Origin: Minisyncoccota bacterium
Lineage (GTDB): Bacteria > Patescibacteriota > Minisyncoccia > Phycocordibacterales > UBA9973
Assembly: GCA_036517215.1 (NCBI GenBank)
Contig: DATDXF010000016.1
Coordinates: 3,175-67,174, forward strand
Reading direction: 5' to 3'
Length of the DNA: 64,000 nucleotides
Of this stretch, positions 9,431 through 18,422 are shown in pieces; positions within the stretch are counted from its first letter, which is position 1; every line of letters begins with the position of its first letter. Below the pieces are notes generated by a model. It saw nothing but the letters and a program-made list of their open reading frames with translations, was not told where the DNA came from and did not search any database. Position numbers and translations under genes: made by a program.

Positions 9431-10447
9431 CTAAAGTTTCTTCAGGAATTTGTCCCGAAACCTGGAAAGTATGAGCGGGCTACCGTGTTCATCAAGCGGC
9501 ACTTCGTCAACAATAAAACCATATACATCAATATTATCTACAATGTTGCGAAGTTTTGGGTCAGCGTTAATTTGTCTTTCTGCCGCAAAAAGCGCATCCA
9601 TGTCTTTCAACACTAAAATACCTTGCCCAAAAATTCCTTCATTTTTTTCGCGAGCTGTTAAACTAGTGCCTATATCTCCCCGCAAAGAATCTCCTACGAA
9701 TATCATTCTACCCTTAGGGGTTGAAACGCCTTTTGATTCCAGCACATCAAGCAAATGATGTATCGCGAGCTCCTTTCCTCCCCCGGTCATAGTTTCATCA
9801 GTAGCAATGTCTAAAAATATATCGGAGAGTTTTAAATATTTTGCCAGCTTATCCACAAAAACTTTTGCGTTGGCAGTGAAACCAAACATGGGAATTCCAA
9901 GTTTTGCGTATATATGAGCGAGTTTAAATATCGGAACTATGTTTGATTTTTTGAATTCTTCCGGAGAAATTTCGTAGATTTCATCGCATATCTTTGCAGC
10001 AAGTTCTCCATACTCTTTTAGAATACCCGCTGCTATATTATGCGCGGAATGTCCCGGCTCATCTATCTCTTCTTTGTGCGGCTCAAAACGTTCTTTAAAA
10101 TAAACTTCCGGGTCTCTCCATTCAGTACGACCGTCAATATAGATTCCCTTCATGCGGTCAAACTCACGAAATGAATTCCCAAGTTTGAAGCCTTTATAAT
10201 ATGTTTCTTCCAACTCCAAGGGTTCTTGTTCCGGAAAAAGCTTTGATATCGCTTTGCCATGAATTGTCGAAAGATGCGCGAGTGTTCCGTCAATATCAAA
10301 GAAGGCAATCGCCCGCGGTTTTCCGTCCGCCATTAATTCTATTTTTATTTCCTTTTTATCGCCATCCAAGCCTTCGAGTTCAGACTTAATAAATACCCAT
10401 TTTTTCTCAAATTCGGATGACTGGTAAAAATCTTCAAAAGGATCCAT
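9431..10447 (-). CDS. HAD-superfamily hydrolase
   Basis: FFDIDGTL motif I, VGDSLRGD motif IV. Confidence 0.65.
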   Translation of the reverse strand: MDPFEDFYQSSEFEKKWVFIKSELEGLDGDKKEIKIELMADGKPRAIAFFDIDGTLAHLSTIHGKAISKLFPEQEPLELEETYYKGFKLGNSFREFDRMKGIYIDGRTEWRDPEVYFKERFEPHKEEIDEPGHSAHNIAAGILKEYGELAAKICDEIYEISPEEFKKSNIVPIFKLAHIYAKLGIPMFGFTANAKVFVDKLAKYLKLSDIFLDIATDETMTGGGKELAIHHLLDVLESKGVSTPKGRMIFVGDSLRGDIGTSLTAREKNEGIFGQGILVLKDMDALFAAERQINADPKLRNIVDNIDVYGFIVDEVPLDEHGSPLILSRFRDKFLKKL

Positions 10448-10450
10448 GGT

Positions 10451-10951
10451 CTAGTACTTAAGCGTTTCCATAGAAACTTCCGACTTTGGGTCAAAAGCGT
10501 TGGGGTCTATCTCAAGGTGTGAAATATATTTTTCTTGAACCACAAACTCCCCCAGGAACTTTAAAAAGTCTTCGTTGGCTTCCTTTTCTCCTTTTTCTTC
10601 CATATGTTCCACCGGGTGAGCTTCCGGGGTAAATTCAAAATGTCCGCAGATTTCTCCGTCTTTATAAACCCTTAAATGATATTGGTCCTGAAAATCCGTT
10701 AATTTTCTCCAGCTTAAGACCTGGTCTTCGTCCACCCAGGCGATGAAATGATTTCCAAAACCCCACTTGCTATGCAGGTGCTGCTTGAGACCCTCAAGGC
10801 TCTTGCTTGGGGCAAGCCAGCCAATATGATACTGCTGTCTTCCTTTCTTGTGCCAAATCAGCCCGCTTTTAAGCATAGCTGTCCTTATTGGCAGGAAAAA
10901 ACTATATATAAAATCCCAAATTTTCTGTTTTATTTTATCGGTAAAAGACAT
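10451..10951 (-). CDS. Hypothetical protein
   Basis: 166 aa ORF immediately downstream of HAD gene, same strand. Confidence 0.4.
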   Translation of the reverse strand: MSFTDKIKQKIWDFIYSFFLPIRTAMLKSGLIWHKKGRQQYHIGWLAPSKSLEGLKQHLHSKWGFGNHFIAWVDEDQVLSWRKLTDFQDQYHLRVYKDGEICGHFEFTPEAHPVEHMEEKGEKEANEDFLKFLGEFVVQEKYISHLEIDPNAFDPKSEVSMETLKY

Positions 10952-10986
10952 ATTACTGAAGTATTATAACATAAAACACGCTACGC

Positions 10987-12123
10987 TCAAAAAAGCATGA
11001 AAAGCAGCGAAAAGAGAGCACCTGCCAATAGCCCCGCGACTAGGCTGCTTACGAATATCATCGCGCCATAGAAAATTGCCCGTGCGGCATTTATAATTAT
11101 TTCCCGGAACATAATATATTCCAGAACTCCCTCTTGGTTGGCTTTTTCGTAAGTCATCACATCGGCTGGAATATAAATCATCTTGGTAGACAAACCGCTT
11201 GCGACATTTACCGCAAAGGCATGCGAAACGGTTGTGGCAAAAACACGGCCGAGACCTATGACGGCGTTGGCCGCCGACCCCGCCCAAATTGTTTTCCTTT
11301 TGAATTTATCCGCAAACTTGCCTATTATCAAGTCGGTCGCAAGCGATATTCCACTAGCTATCGTAGCAATCAAACCAAGCATACCGTAGTCTCCCACTAT
11401 GCGCAGAAACACAAAGATGGACCATATTATTCCACTAGCTCCAGTTTCTATCCCGTAAGCAATAAAAGCAAGAGTGTCTCCTAAAGAACGGTTTTTGAAA
11501 ATTCTTTTCAGAGAAAACTCGGTATCCACTTCTTCTTCCCGCGACAAAAAGAGCGGAGCGGCTGAAACCAAAAGAAGCGCGGAAGCCAGTATAAATATAA
11601 ATTTGAAACCAAAACCAACTATAAGCAATCCGCCGATAAAAGGTCCCAGGGCATGGAAAGTCGCAGTGAAGAATTTAAGTTTGCCCACCTCCATCCCCCT
11701 TTCTCCTTTCTTGGTAATCTTAGACAAGTCTAGGTGTAGCGCTGTAAAGTACAAAGCTCGTTTTGCTCCGGCGGTAAAAAGCAGGAACCCAAAAACATAT
11801 AAGCTGCCATTAATCTGCAGTAAGTATAAAAGTAGGAAAAAACATATTTCAAAGACTTTGCTACCCAGAATGGTATGCTTGATGCCAAGTTTTTTTATTA
11901 CTTGTGTCGCCGGAATTACGAAAAGCGCATGAAGCGCATTTTCAACAGCGAAAAAGAGGAAAACTTGGGGCAAGGAATACCCTAGGTTGAAAAGATAAAT
12001 GGGAATAAAAACGCTCACGAGGGCGAGAGCGAGGGCCCGAATGGAAGAACTGGCATACATCTCCCGGAGCTCGTTGCCCCGTAAGATATGAAATTGCCCT
12101 ATATTCATGTGATGAGACTCCAT
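10987..12123 (-). CDS. MFS-type transporter
   Basis: 378 aa, ~12 predicted TM helices. Confidence 0.6.
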   Translation of the reverse strand: MESHHMNIGQFHILRGNELREMYASSSIRALALALVSVFIPIYLFNLGYSLPQVFLFFAVENALHALFVIPATQVIKKLGIKHTILGSKVFEICFFLLLYLLQINGSLYVFGFLLFTAGAKRALYFTALHLDLSKITKKGERGMEVGKLKFFTATFHALGPFIGGLLIVGFGFKFIFILASALLLVSAAPLFLSREEEVDTEFSLKRIFKNRSLGDTLAFIAYGIETGASGIIWSIFVFLRIVGDYGMLGLIATIASGISLATDLIIGKFADKFKRKTIWAGSAANAVIGLGRVFATTVSHAFAVNVASGLSTKMIYIPADVMTYEKANQEGVLEYIMFREIIINAARAIFYGAMIFVSSLVAGLLAGALFSLLFMLF

Positions 12124-12180
12124 GCGAGAATATTATAGCAAAAATCTCACGTTTTTGTAGTTCCCTTAAAATTTATCTTG

Positions 12181-13404
12181 TCATACAGTAACTTCGTAGG
12201 GTTGCGGCCTTTCCCATCTGTATAAAACAATCATTCCGATTATTATAAAAATAGTCATACTGCCTGCCGCGAACCTATAAGCCAGCCCGCCTGTTCCGAA
12301 AAAAGATATTATCCCTCCCCAGGTTAAAGGCCCTACCAGCGTCGCGAAACGCTCCATAATAGTATAGAAGGAGAAGCCGTATCCCATATTGCCTTTATTG
12401 AGCAGGGTGCTTAGGTAAGATCTGGAGATAGTCCAGGACGAGCCAATTAGGAGCCCAGTCAAGGGACTTATGATTGCCACGGTCAGGAAATTCGGGGCAA
12501 TTGCAAGAATAGGCACTGCGATCAGCCAGCCGCCTAAAATTATCTTTAAAGTCCGGAGAGCGCCTATCTTGTCACCCACGGAGCCCGCGACAATCCCGCC
12601 CACTGCCGACATGCCTAAAATCGCGATGAGCAAAATGGATTTTGCCGCATCGGGGGTGGCAAACACCCGGTCCAGATATATGGAATAGTTATTGGTAATA
12701 GTTAACAGCGCGTCGTTGAAAAAGAAAAAGGCGACGAGCATGGGAGTGGCCGCGGATACGGTGAGAAAAGATACCAAATTTTTTCTGGAAATTTTTGCCT
12801 CGTTTTTAAATGCCGCAATACTGATATCCCCGTTTTCTTTTTTGGGCTCCTTGAAGAAAATCATCATCGGGAGCGCAAGAAAGAAAAATAGCAGAACCGA
12901 TGGCAGAAGCGGGGCGACCCTGGAGCCGGCCAAAGGCAGCGTAATTAAGATGCCCGCCACTTGCCCCAAGGAATTGGCAAATTGCCCGATTCCGGAAACT
13001 CTGGATAAATGCTCCGAATCCGCGATGTCCATAAGCATGGGGTTGTAAAACACGAAAGAAAATTGATAGAAATATTGCCCGATTAAAAACAACAGGGCTA
13101 TCGGCATCATATACTGAGTGCCGAATCCGGCCAGCACTGCGGCTGCCCCATAGCTTAAAAATGTTCCCGTAGTTGAAATATTTAAAAATAATTTTCTTTT
13201 TCCGTACTTGTCAGTGAGAGCAGCCAAGGGAGGCGCGGTAAAAAGCAGGATGACCGTGGAAAGAGCAAAAATTGCGTTATACCAAAAGTCCGAAAGCCCG
13301 GCGTCAATCACTATCCACTGCGCGAAGTATAAAAGAAAATTCACGAATATGATGGAGTTCGCGAAATCGTACAGCGCCCAAAGGAATAACTTTTTTTTGT
13401 CCAT
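12181..13404 (-). CDS. MFS-type transporter
   Basis: 407 aa polytopic membrane protein, MFS-like topology. Confidence 0.6.
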   Translation of the reverse strand: MDKKKLFLWALYDFANSIIFVNFLLYFAQWIVIDAGLSDFWYNAIFALSTVILLFTAPPLAALTDKYGKRKLFLNISTTGTFLSYGAAAVLAGFGTQYMMPIALLFLIGQYFYQFSFVFYNPMLMDIADSEHLSRVSGIGQFANSLGQVAGILITLPLAGSRVAPLLPSVLLFFFLALPMMIFFKEPKKENGDISIAAFKNEAKISRKNLVSFLTVSAATPMLVAFFFFNDALLTITNNYSIYLDRVFATPDAAKSILLIAILGMSAVGGIVAGSVGDKIGALRTLKIILGGWLIAVPILAIAPNFLTVAIISPLTGLLIGSSWTISRSYLSTLLNKGNMGYGFSFYTIMERFATLVGPLTWGGIISFFGTGGLAYRFAAGSMTIFIIIGMIVLYRWERPQPYEVTV

Positions 13405-13575
13405 AGATATTAGTCGTTTTGGAGATAATAATATTTCAATATACGGCAGTTAATACAAAACAAAATGCTGGCGGGACAGTAGGGTTAAGTGCCCAGAGGG
13501 ACAAGCTGTGTAAGAATATTCTAGCATATTTGCATCAGTTAAATCAATCTAAGTACTCGGGTCGGGGTCTAGTTT

Positions 13576-13938
13576 TTGAAAAGTTATGCTATTATATTTA
13601 TTATAATGGATTGGATATTAATTGGGCTCCTTGGTCTTAATTTCGTTCTCTCAACTACTGCTGATAGCATTTCCAAATTATGGGCGATGCATCCGGGTTC
13701 AAAGTGGTCCTTTATAACTATTGGGCTTAGTATTCTTACGACTATCAGCTGGATGCTTGTTGTCAGGCGGGCAGGACTTACAGCAGGGAGCGCAATCATG
13801 CTACTTCTTACCATGATTTCTACCGTGCTCATAGGGTTATTTGTTTTCAAAGAGCAGCTTACCCGAGGACAAGGCGTAGGTGTTGCTCTCGGTTTTATCG
13901 CTGCATTATTTTTGCTGAATATTGTTCGGATTCCTTAA
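13576..13938 (+). CDS. Small multidrug resistance (SMR/EmrE-like) 4-TM transporter
   Basis: 120 aa, four hydrophobic helices. Confidence 0.55.
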   Translation: MKSYAIIFIIMDWILIGLLGLNFVLSTTADSISKLWAMHPGSKWSFITIGLSILTTISWMLVVRRAGLTAGSAIMLLLTMISTVLIGLFVFKEQLTRGQGVGVALGFIAALFLLNIVRIP

Positions 13939-13945
13939 AACCAGT

Positions 13946-15097
13946 TTAGGCACTCGGGTCGGCATACTTTCCGACAGCATATAAGGCCTTCGGTATAAGG
14001 GGCAGCCCGCCTATAACAAGAATCAGCTGGGGAAGATGGCCAAAAATAAGATAAGCGATAAGAAGAATACCTGATCCAAGAAGAATACCCGCTGCTCGCG
14101 CGAACTCAAACGCCATTGTACCGCCGAGCACGTTACCCCGAAGCTCGGTACCCATACGTGCTTCCCGACTAACATTTATTATCTCTGTTGCCAATACATG
14201 GAAAACAGTTATAAATAAAAATGCCACAGGCAGATGTACTAGACCGTACCCTACCCATGATAAAATACCTATGCAAAGCGCAAGCCATATAACCCAAGAG
14301 CGGTTATGATCTTTTACCCAACCCGCCAAGTACGCTGCTATCACACTCAGTATGGCAATGCCGGCAGTAATCCAAATCGAAATATCAAATGACCTAGAAA
14401 GTGTAAGAATGATTAGCGGAAGACCCACGATCTTAAGTGGATGACTTGGTTCAAAATTAGCCAGAAACATAGGCATGGAAATTGTTTTTAGATTTTTCCA
14501 GAAGGAAAGACGCGGCAACTCTGGCGTTGGAATCCCACTCAAGGGAATAGTGCTGCCAAGAAGAACTGCGCTCCCGATCAAAAATAGATATAGAAATGAA
14601 GCCTGGGTATGTAGAAATATCCCAGTAATAGCTGCCACAAGACCGCTTAGTGTGTGAAGCGAGGTGATTTGCGCCGAAGAATACCCTGGAGCGCTTGAAG
14701 CTCCTATCACAGTAATCATGATTGTATTCGCGCCGACAACATAAAGCGTATTGCCTATGTTTTCAATAACATGCAGGAAAAAAAGGATCGCGTAGAAATA
14801 GCTATGTTCTGGTAGGAGATAAAAAATACCCACCAAGGCAATAACTTTAAGTACGAGCCCGAAGGTCATGCTGGGAACGAGTCCCCATTTTTTAAATAAT
14901 GCAACCGAAGGTCCGAATCCGACACTTTTCATAAGAAGTGTTGCAGCATGACCTATAACTACGAACAGCAAAGTTCCCAAAATAGATCCCGTTTTTGCGT
15001 ATATAAGCAGTGCACCAAACGCGAAAAAGAGCTGCTCGGTAAATTTATGGAGCAGGGTGTGGAAAAAATATCGCTTGCGTATCTGGTCGTTAGGCAT
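13946..15097 (-). CDS. Polytopic membrane transporter (MFS-like)
   Basis: 383 aa, ~11-12 TM helices. Confidence 0.5.
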   Translation of the reverse strand: MPNDQIRKRYFFHTLLHKFTEQLFFAFGALLIYAKTGSILGTLLFVVIGHAATLLMKSVGFGPSVALFKKWGLVPSMTFGLVLKVIALVGIFYLLPEHSYFYAILFFLHVIENIGNTLYVVGANTIMITVIGASSAPGYSSAQITSLHTLSGLVAAITGIFLHTQASFLYLFLIGSAVLLGSTIPLSGIPTPELPRLSFWKNLKTISMPMFLANFEPSHPLKIVGLPLIILTLSRSFDISIWITAGIAILSVIAAYLAGWVKDHNRSWVIWLALCIGILSWVGYGLVHLPVAFLFITVFHVLATEIINVSREARMGTELRGNVLGGTMAFEFARAAGILLGSGILLIAYLIFGHLPQLILVIGGLPLIPKALYAVGKYADPSA

Positions 15098-15125
15098 GTG
15101 CAGAGAATTATAGCATCTAAGTTTA

Positions 15126-16268
15126 TTAAGGAGCTAAAGCTCTGTCAAGAATAGGTTTAACGACTATAATACTTAAAATTCCTACAAGCAAAACATATTG
15201 TATGTCGACCCCATAATGTACTAGTGCCGCACTTGAAAAGAAAACGATCATAGCTCCGAAATCGGCACCCGCTTCGCCGAAAAAATGAAACCAGAGAGTG
15301 CTCTTAGTGCGCTTGGCCAAATTATATAGAAGAGTGTCGAACGGCTCCTGATAAAATACAAGCACGAATGCCAGTATAAATTGCGCAACAACTATTCCTG
15401 TAACATCCGTAACGAAAAATGCTCTTGCAATGAGGGTAAAGATAAGGCCGATTGATCCGTAGAGGAAAATTTTCTTGCTGTGTCCACCATCAACTAGCTT
15501 TCCTAAGGTTAGATAAAGTATGGCGACAAAAAGTAATTTCAATGCGATCAACCAGCCGAATTGGCTTAGGCTTGTTGCCAAGAAAAATATGGTAACAACC
15601 CATACGAATGCTTCGGCCTGGACCTTGATGCCATCTCCGAGCATCAGCCAGAAACCGCGAAAATCAATAAATTTAAACGCTTCCTTGAATCCCATAACAG
15701 TGTTGGCGGTAAAGTCTGGGATATACAAAAGCGGTAAAACTCCTATAAGCATTACTATTGTGGCGACTACGTACAGAGATCCATATCCGAAAGTAATTAC
15801 TATAAAGCTTCCAACTATAGGAGCGGCAATGCCGAACGTGAGAGCGAATATTTCTCGAACGGCTATTTGACTGCCTCTGCTATCAATATCTCCTAATGCT
15901 GCATAGAGCGAATGAAAGGGCAGGTAATACGCGATATCGGAAATAGCTAGATAAAAAATCAGTATCCAGAACCATAGTCCGATAGTATGAACTTGAGCTA
16001 AAACCGGAAATATTCCTGCGTATACTATAACCCCTAAAATAAACGAGGGCTTAAGTCCAAGGCGCTGTGTCCACCAAAGCGAAAGTGGACGCAGAAAAAA
16101 ACGTAGCCCAAAGCTAGTACCCCAAACCATAGCAACGGCTGGAAGCGAGATACCTTGTTGTAAAAGGTAGATCGGGCCGAAAATAGAAACTATTTTATTA
16201 CAGAAATTCCATAACCCGATATGGATATGAATGAGATTGATGGGGTTTTTCAGAAAAGTTAATATCAT
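15126..16268 (-). CDS. MFS-type transporter
   Basis: 380 aa polytopic, paralogous in topology to neighbours. Confidence 0.55.
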   Translation of the reverse strand: MILTFLKNPINLIHIHIGLWNFCNKIVSIFGPIYLLQQGISLPAVAMVWGTSFGLRFFLRPLSLWWTQRLGLKPSFILGVIVYAGIFPVLAQVHTIGLWFWILIFYLAISDIAYYLPFHSLYAALGDIDSRGSQIAVREIFALTFGIAAPIVGSFIVITFGYGSLYVVATIVMLIGVLPLLYIPDFTANTVMGFKEAFKFIDFRGFWLMLGDGIKVQAEAFVWVVTIFFLATSLSQFGWLIALKLLFVAILYLTLGKLVDGGHSKKIFLYGSIGLIFTLIARAFFVTDVTGIVVAQFILAFVLVFYQEPFDTLLYNLAKRTKSTLWFHFFGEAGADFGAMIVFFSSAALVHYGVDIQYVLLVGILSIIVVKPILDRALAP

Positions 16269-16277
16269 TTCCGTTGT

Positions 16278-16369
16278 TGGCGGAGCCGGGCGGATTCGAA
16301 CCGCCGAGGGGTTTTAAAGCCCCTGCCTCTTTAGCAAAGAGGTACGTTAGACCACTCTGACACGGCTCC
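16278..16369 (-). tRNA. tRNA-Ser (anticodon GCU), type II, CCA encoded
   Basis: Minus-strand reading GGAGCCG...CCTCT-TTGCTAA-AGAGG...long variable arm...GGCGG-TTCGAAT-CCGCC-CGGCTCC-G-CCA; 7/7 acceptor pairs. Confidence 0.8.
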
Positions 16370-16414
16370 GTAAATAACCTAGTTACTCTAGCATATTTAT
16401 GATATTTTTCCATT

Positions 16415-16434
16415 CCTGCCTGCCGGCAGGCAGG
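16415..16434. repeat. 20-nt perfect GC palindrome CCTGCCTGCCGGCAGGCAGG followed by T-run
   Basis: Seen directly; same 9-nt arm recurs at 58797-58814. Confidence 0.6.
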
Positions 16435-16458
16435 TTTTCTGTTATACTCCCCTTATCG

Positions 16459-16544
16459 GGAGAGATGGGTGAGTGGTTTAAACCAACAGTTTACTAAACT
16501 GTCGTCCCCTAAAAGGACCGAGGGTTCGAATCCCTCTCTCACCG
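16459..16544 (+). tRNA. Type II tRNA with apparent anticodon ACU (Ser-like; G73 discriminator, 3-bp D-stem, 17-nt variable arm), CCA not encoded
   Basis: GGAGAGA-TG-GGT-GAGTGGTTTAA-ACC-A-ACAGT-TTACTAA-ACTGT-CGTCCCCTAAAAGGACC-GAGGG-TTCGAAT-CCCTC-TCTCACC-G; acceptor 6/7 (A3:A70 mismatch). Confidence 0.6.
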
Positions 16545-16589
16545 CATTGACAACTTAGTATCGGTGTGTCCTTGTTGCTTATGGCAACA

Positions 16590-16611
16590 GTGCGACCCGA
16601 GTATGTAAAAT
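16590..16611. repeat. Left copy of imperfect direct repeat GTGCGACCCGA-GTAT-GTAAAAT (attL-like)
   Basis: 11-mer GTGCGACCCGA plus GTAT..AAAAT shared with 21721-21761; abuts recQ stop codon. Confidence 0.45.
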
Positions 16612-18422
16612 CATTTAAGAAAAATTCTAGCTAAACGTAATTCTTCATATGAATAATCCTCCCCCAGAATTTCACGTACAGGAGCCAATAAAATACCACC
16701 AGTTTTTTTAAATGCTCCTGTGATTATTTCAAGTCTTTCATTTGAAGGTTTTAAATATGAAATATCTAATTGTGAATCAGTGGCAAAAATTTTTTCAATA
16801 TGACTCACGATGGTGCTGATAGACAATCCACGTCTTTTTGTTATTTCATCGATAGAAAACTTTTGCAGTACTAATTTTTTGGTTTCATCAAAAGTTGAAC
16901 CAGTATATGTGGATTTTGTTTTCGCTTCCGTTTTATAAGTTTCTACATATTGATTAATAACAGACATAAACTTTCCTCCGAACTGCAAAAGTTTCCTATC
17001 TCCGACTCCGCTGATTTCCAAAAACGCCTCTCTAGTCCGTGGAAAATGAGTTGCCATTTCGCGCAAAGCTTTATCTCCGAAAATCATATATGGCGGGAGT
17101 TTTAATTTAGACGCCTCTTGTGTTCTTATTTTCCTTAATTCTTCAAATAATATAGAGTCATATGCTTTATTTTCACTAGAGATATAGGTTCGTGGTCTAA
17201 CAACCTTAAGATTTACTCTATATGTTTCTAGCGGAGTTTGCGCTACGCATCTATCGCAATTTCCACAATTTGCCTCCTTGTATTCTTCATTGAAATAGCG
17301 AAGTAAAAATCTACGACGACACCCCTGGAGATTCCCATATCGTAAGACATATTCTAAATTTTCTTGTGTTTTTTTCTGTTCTGCCGCATCCGCTATATCC
17401 TGTATAAAATAATCATGCTTAAATTTATCGGCATACGAGAAAAATAAAACACACTGTGCAGGCAATCCATCGCGTCCCGCTCGACCAGTTTCTTGATAAT
17501 ACCCTTCAACTGACTTTGGTAAGCTGTGATGAATGACAAGTCGCACATCAGGCTTATCTATCCCCATACCAAACGCAATGGTCGCAACCATAATATTAAT
17601 TTCATCTCGGATAAATTTCTCTTGGTTATCTTTTCTCGTTTTTGAATCCAGACCAGCATGATAGGCGGCAGCTTTGAATCCACGATCGTTCAATTTATTT
17701 ACTAGTGTTTCCGTATCGTTGCGGGAAAAACAATATATAATTACACTCCCATCTCGATATTTGTTTAGTAACGCAAGAATTGACTTAAAAGAATCCTTTT
17801 TTGGCAAGACTTCATAACTCAGATTGGGACGATTAAAACTGGAAATAAAAATTTGAGGACTTTCTAGGCTCAGTTGTTTTACGATATCTTCACGCACTTT
17901 TTCTGTAGCAGTGGCAGTAAGTGCAATAATCGGAATTATAGGAAATTTCTTTCGCAATAATTTTAAATTCCGATAATCAGGCCTGAAATCATGTCCCCAT
18001 TCTGAAATGCAGTGAGCTTCATCAATAGCAATCAAACTTATTTTTAAAGTATGCAAGAAGTCTTCAAACCCCGGCACAGCTAATCGTTCAGGAGCTATAT
18101 ATAAAATTTTTAATTTCCCTGTTTTAGCTTTGTCCATAATACTGACAATTTCTACTGGAGAAAGTGTGCTGTTGATAAGGTCAGCCGTGATGCCGTTTGT
18201 ATGTAGGGCATCAACCTGATCTTTCATAAGGGAAATAAGCGGAGAAATAACAATGGCAATGCCTTCCATCATAAGTGCGGAAAGCTGGAAACAAAGAGAT
18301 TTTCCTCCGCCTGTCGGCATGAGCACGACGCAATCCTTGCTCTCCAATACTCGCTCAATAATTTCTTTCTGAAGCGGTCTGAATTCTTCGTATCCGAAAT
18401 ATTTTTTCAATATATCTTTCAT
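16611..18422 (-). CDS. recQ: ATP-dependent DNA helicase RecQ
   Basis: 603 aa; DEAH box, CISEWGHDFRPDY, zinc-binding CxxC...CxxC, RQC and HRDC-like C-terminus. Confidence 0.85.
   Translation of the reverse strand: MKDILKKYFGYEEFRPLQKEIIERVLESKDCVVLMPTGGGKSLCFQLSALMMEGIAIVISPLISLMKDQVDALHTNGITADLINSTLSPVEIVSIMDKAKTGKLKILYIAPERLAVPGFEDFLHTLKISLIAIDEAHCISEWGHDFRPDYRNLKLLRKKFPIIPIIALTATATEKVREDIVKQLSLESPQIFISSFNRPNLSYEVLPKKDSFKSILALLNKYRDGSVIIYCFSRNDTETLVNKLNDRGFKAAAYHAGLDSKTRKDNQEKFIRDEINIMVATIAFGMGIDKPDVRLVIHHSLPKSVEGYYQETGRAGRDGLPAQCVLFFSYADKFKHDYFIQDIADAAEQKKTQENLEYVLRYGNLQGCRRRFLLRYFNEEYKEANCGNCDRCVAQTPLETYRVNLKVVRPRTYISSENKAYDSILFEELRKIRTQEASKLKLPPYMIFGDKALREMATHFPRTREAFLEISGVGDRKLLQFGGKFMSVINQYVETYKTEAKTKSTYTGSTFDETKKLVLQKFSIDEITKRRGLSISTIVSHIEKIFATDSQLDISYLKPSNERLEIITGAFKKTGGILLAPVREILGEDYSYEELRLARIFLK

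Noticed and set aside
16459-16544. Alternative anticodon readings (shifted stem giving a CUA or UAA anticodon)
   Set aside because: Only the ACAGT/ACTGT stem gives a 7-nt loop with U33 and A37. Shifted stems give 5-nt loops.
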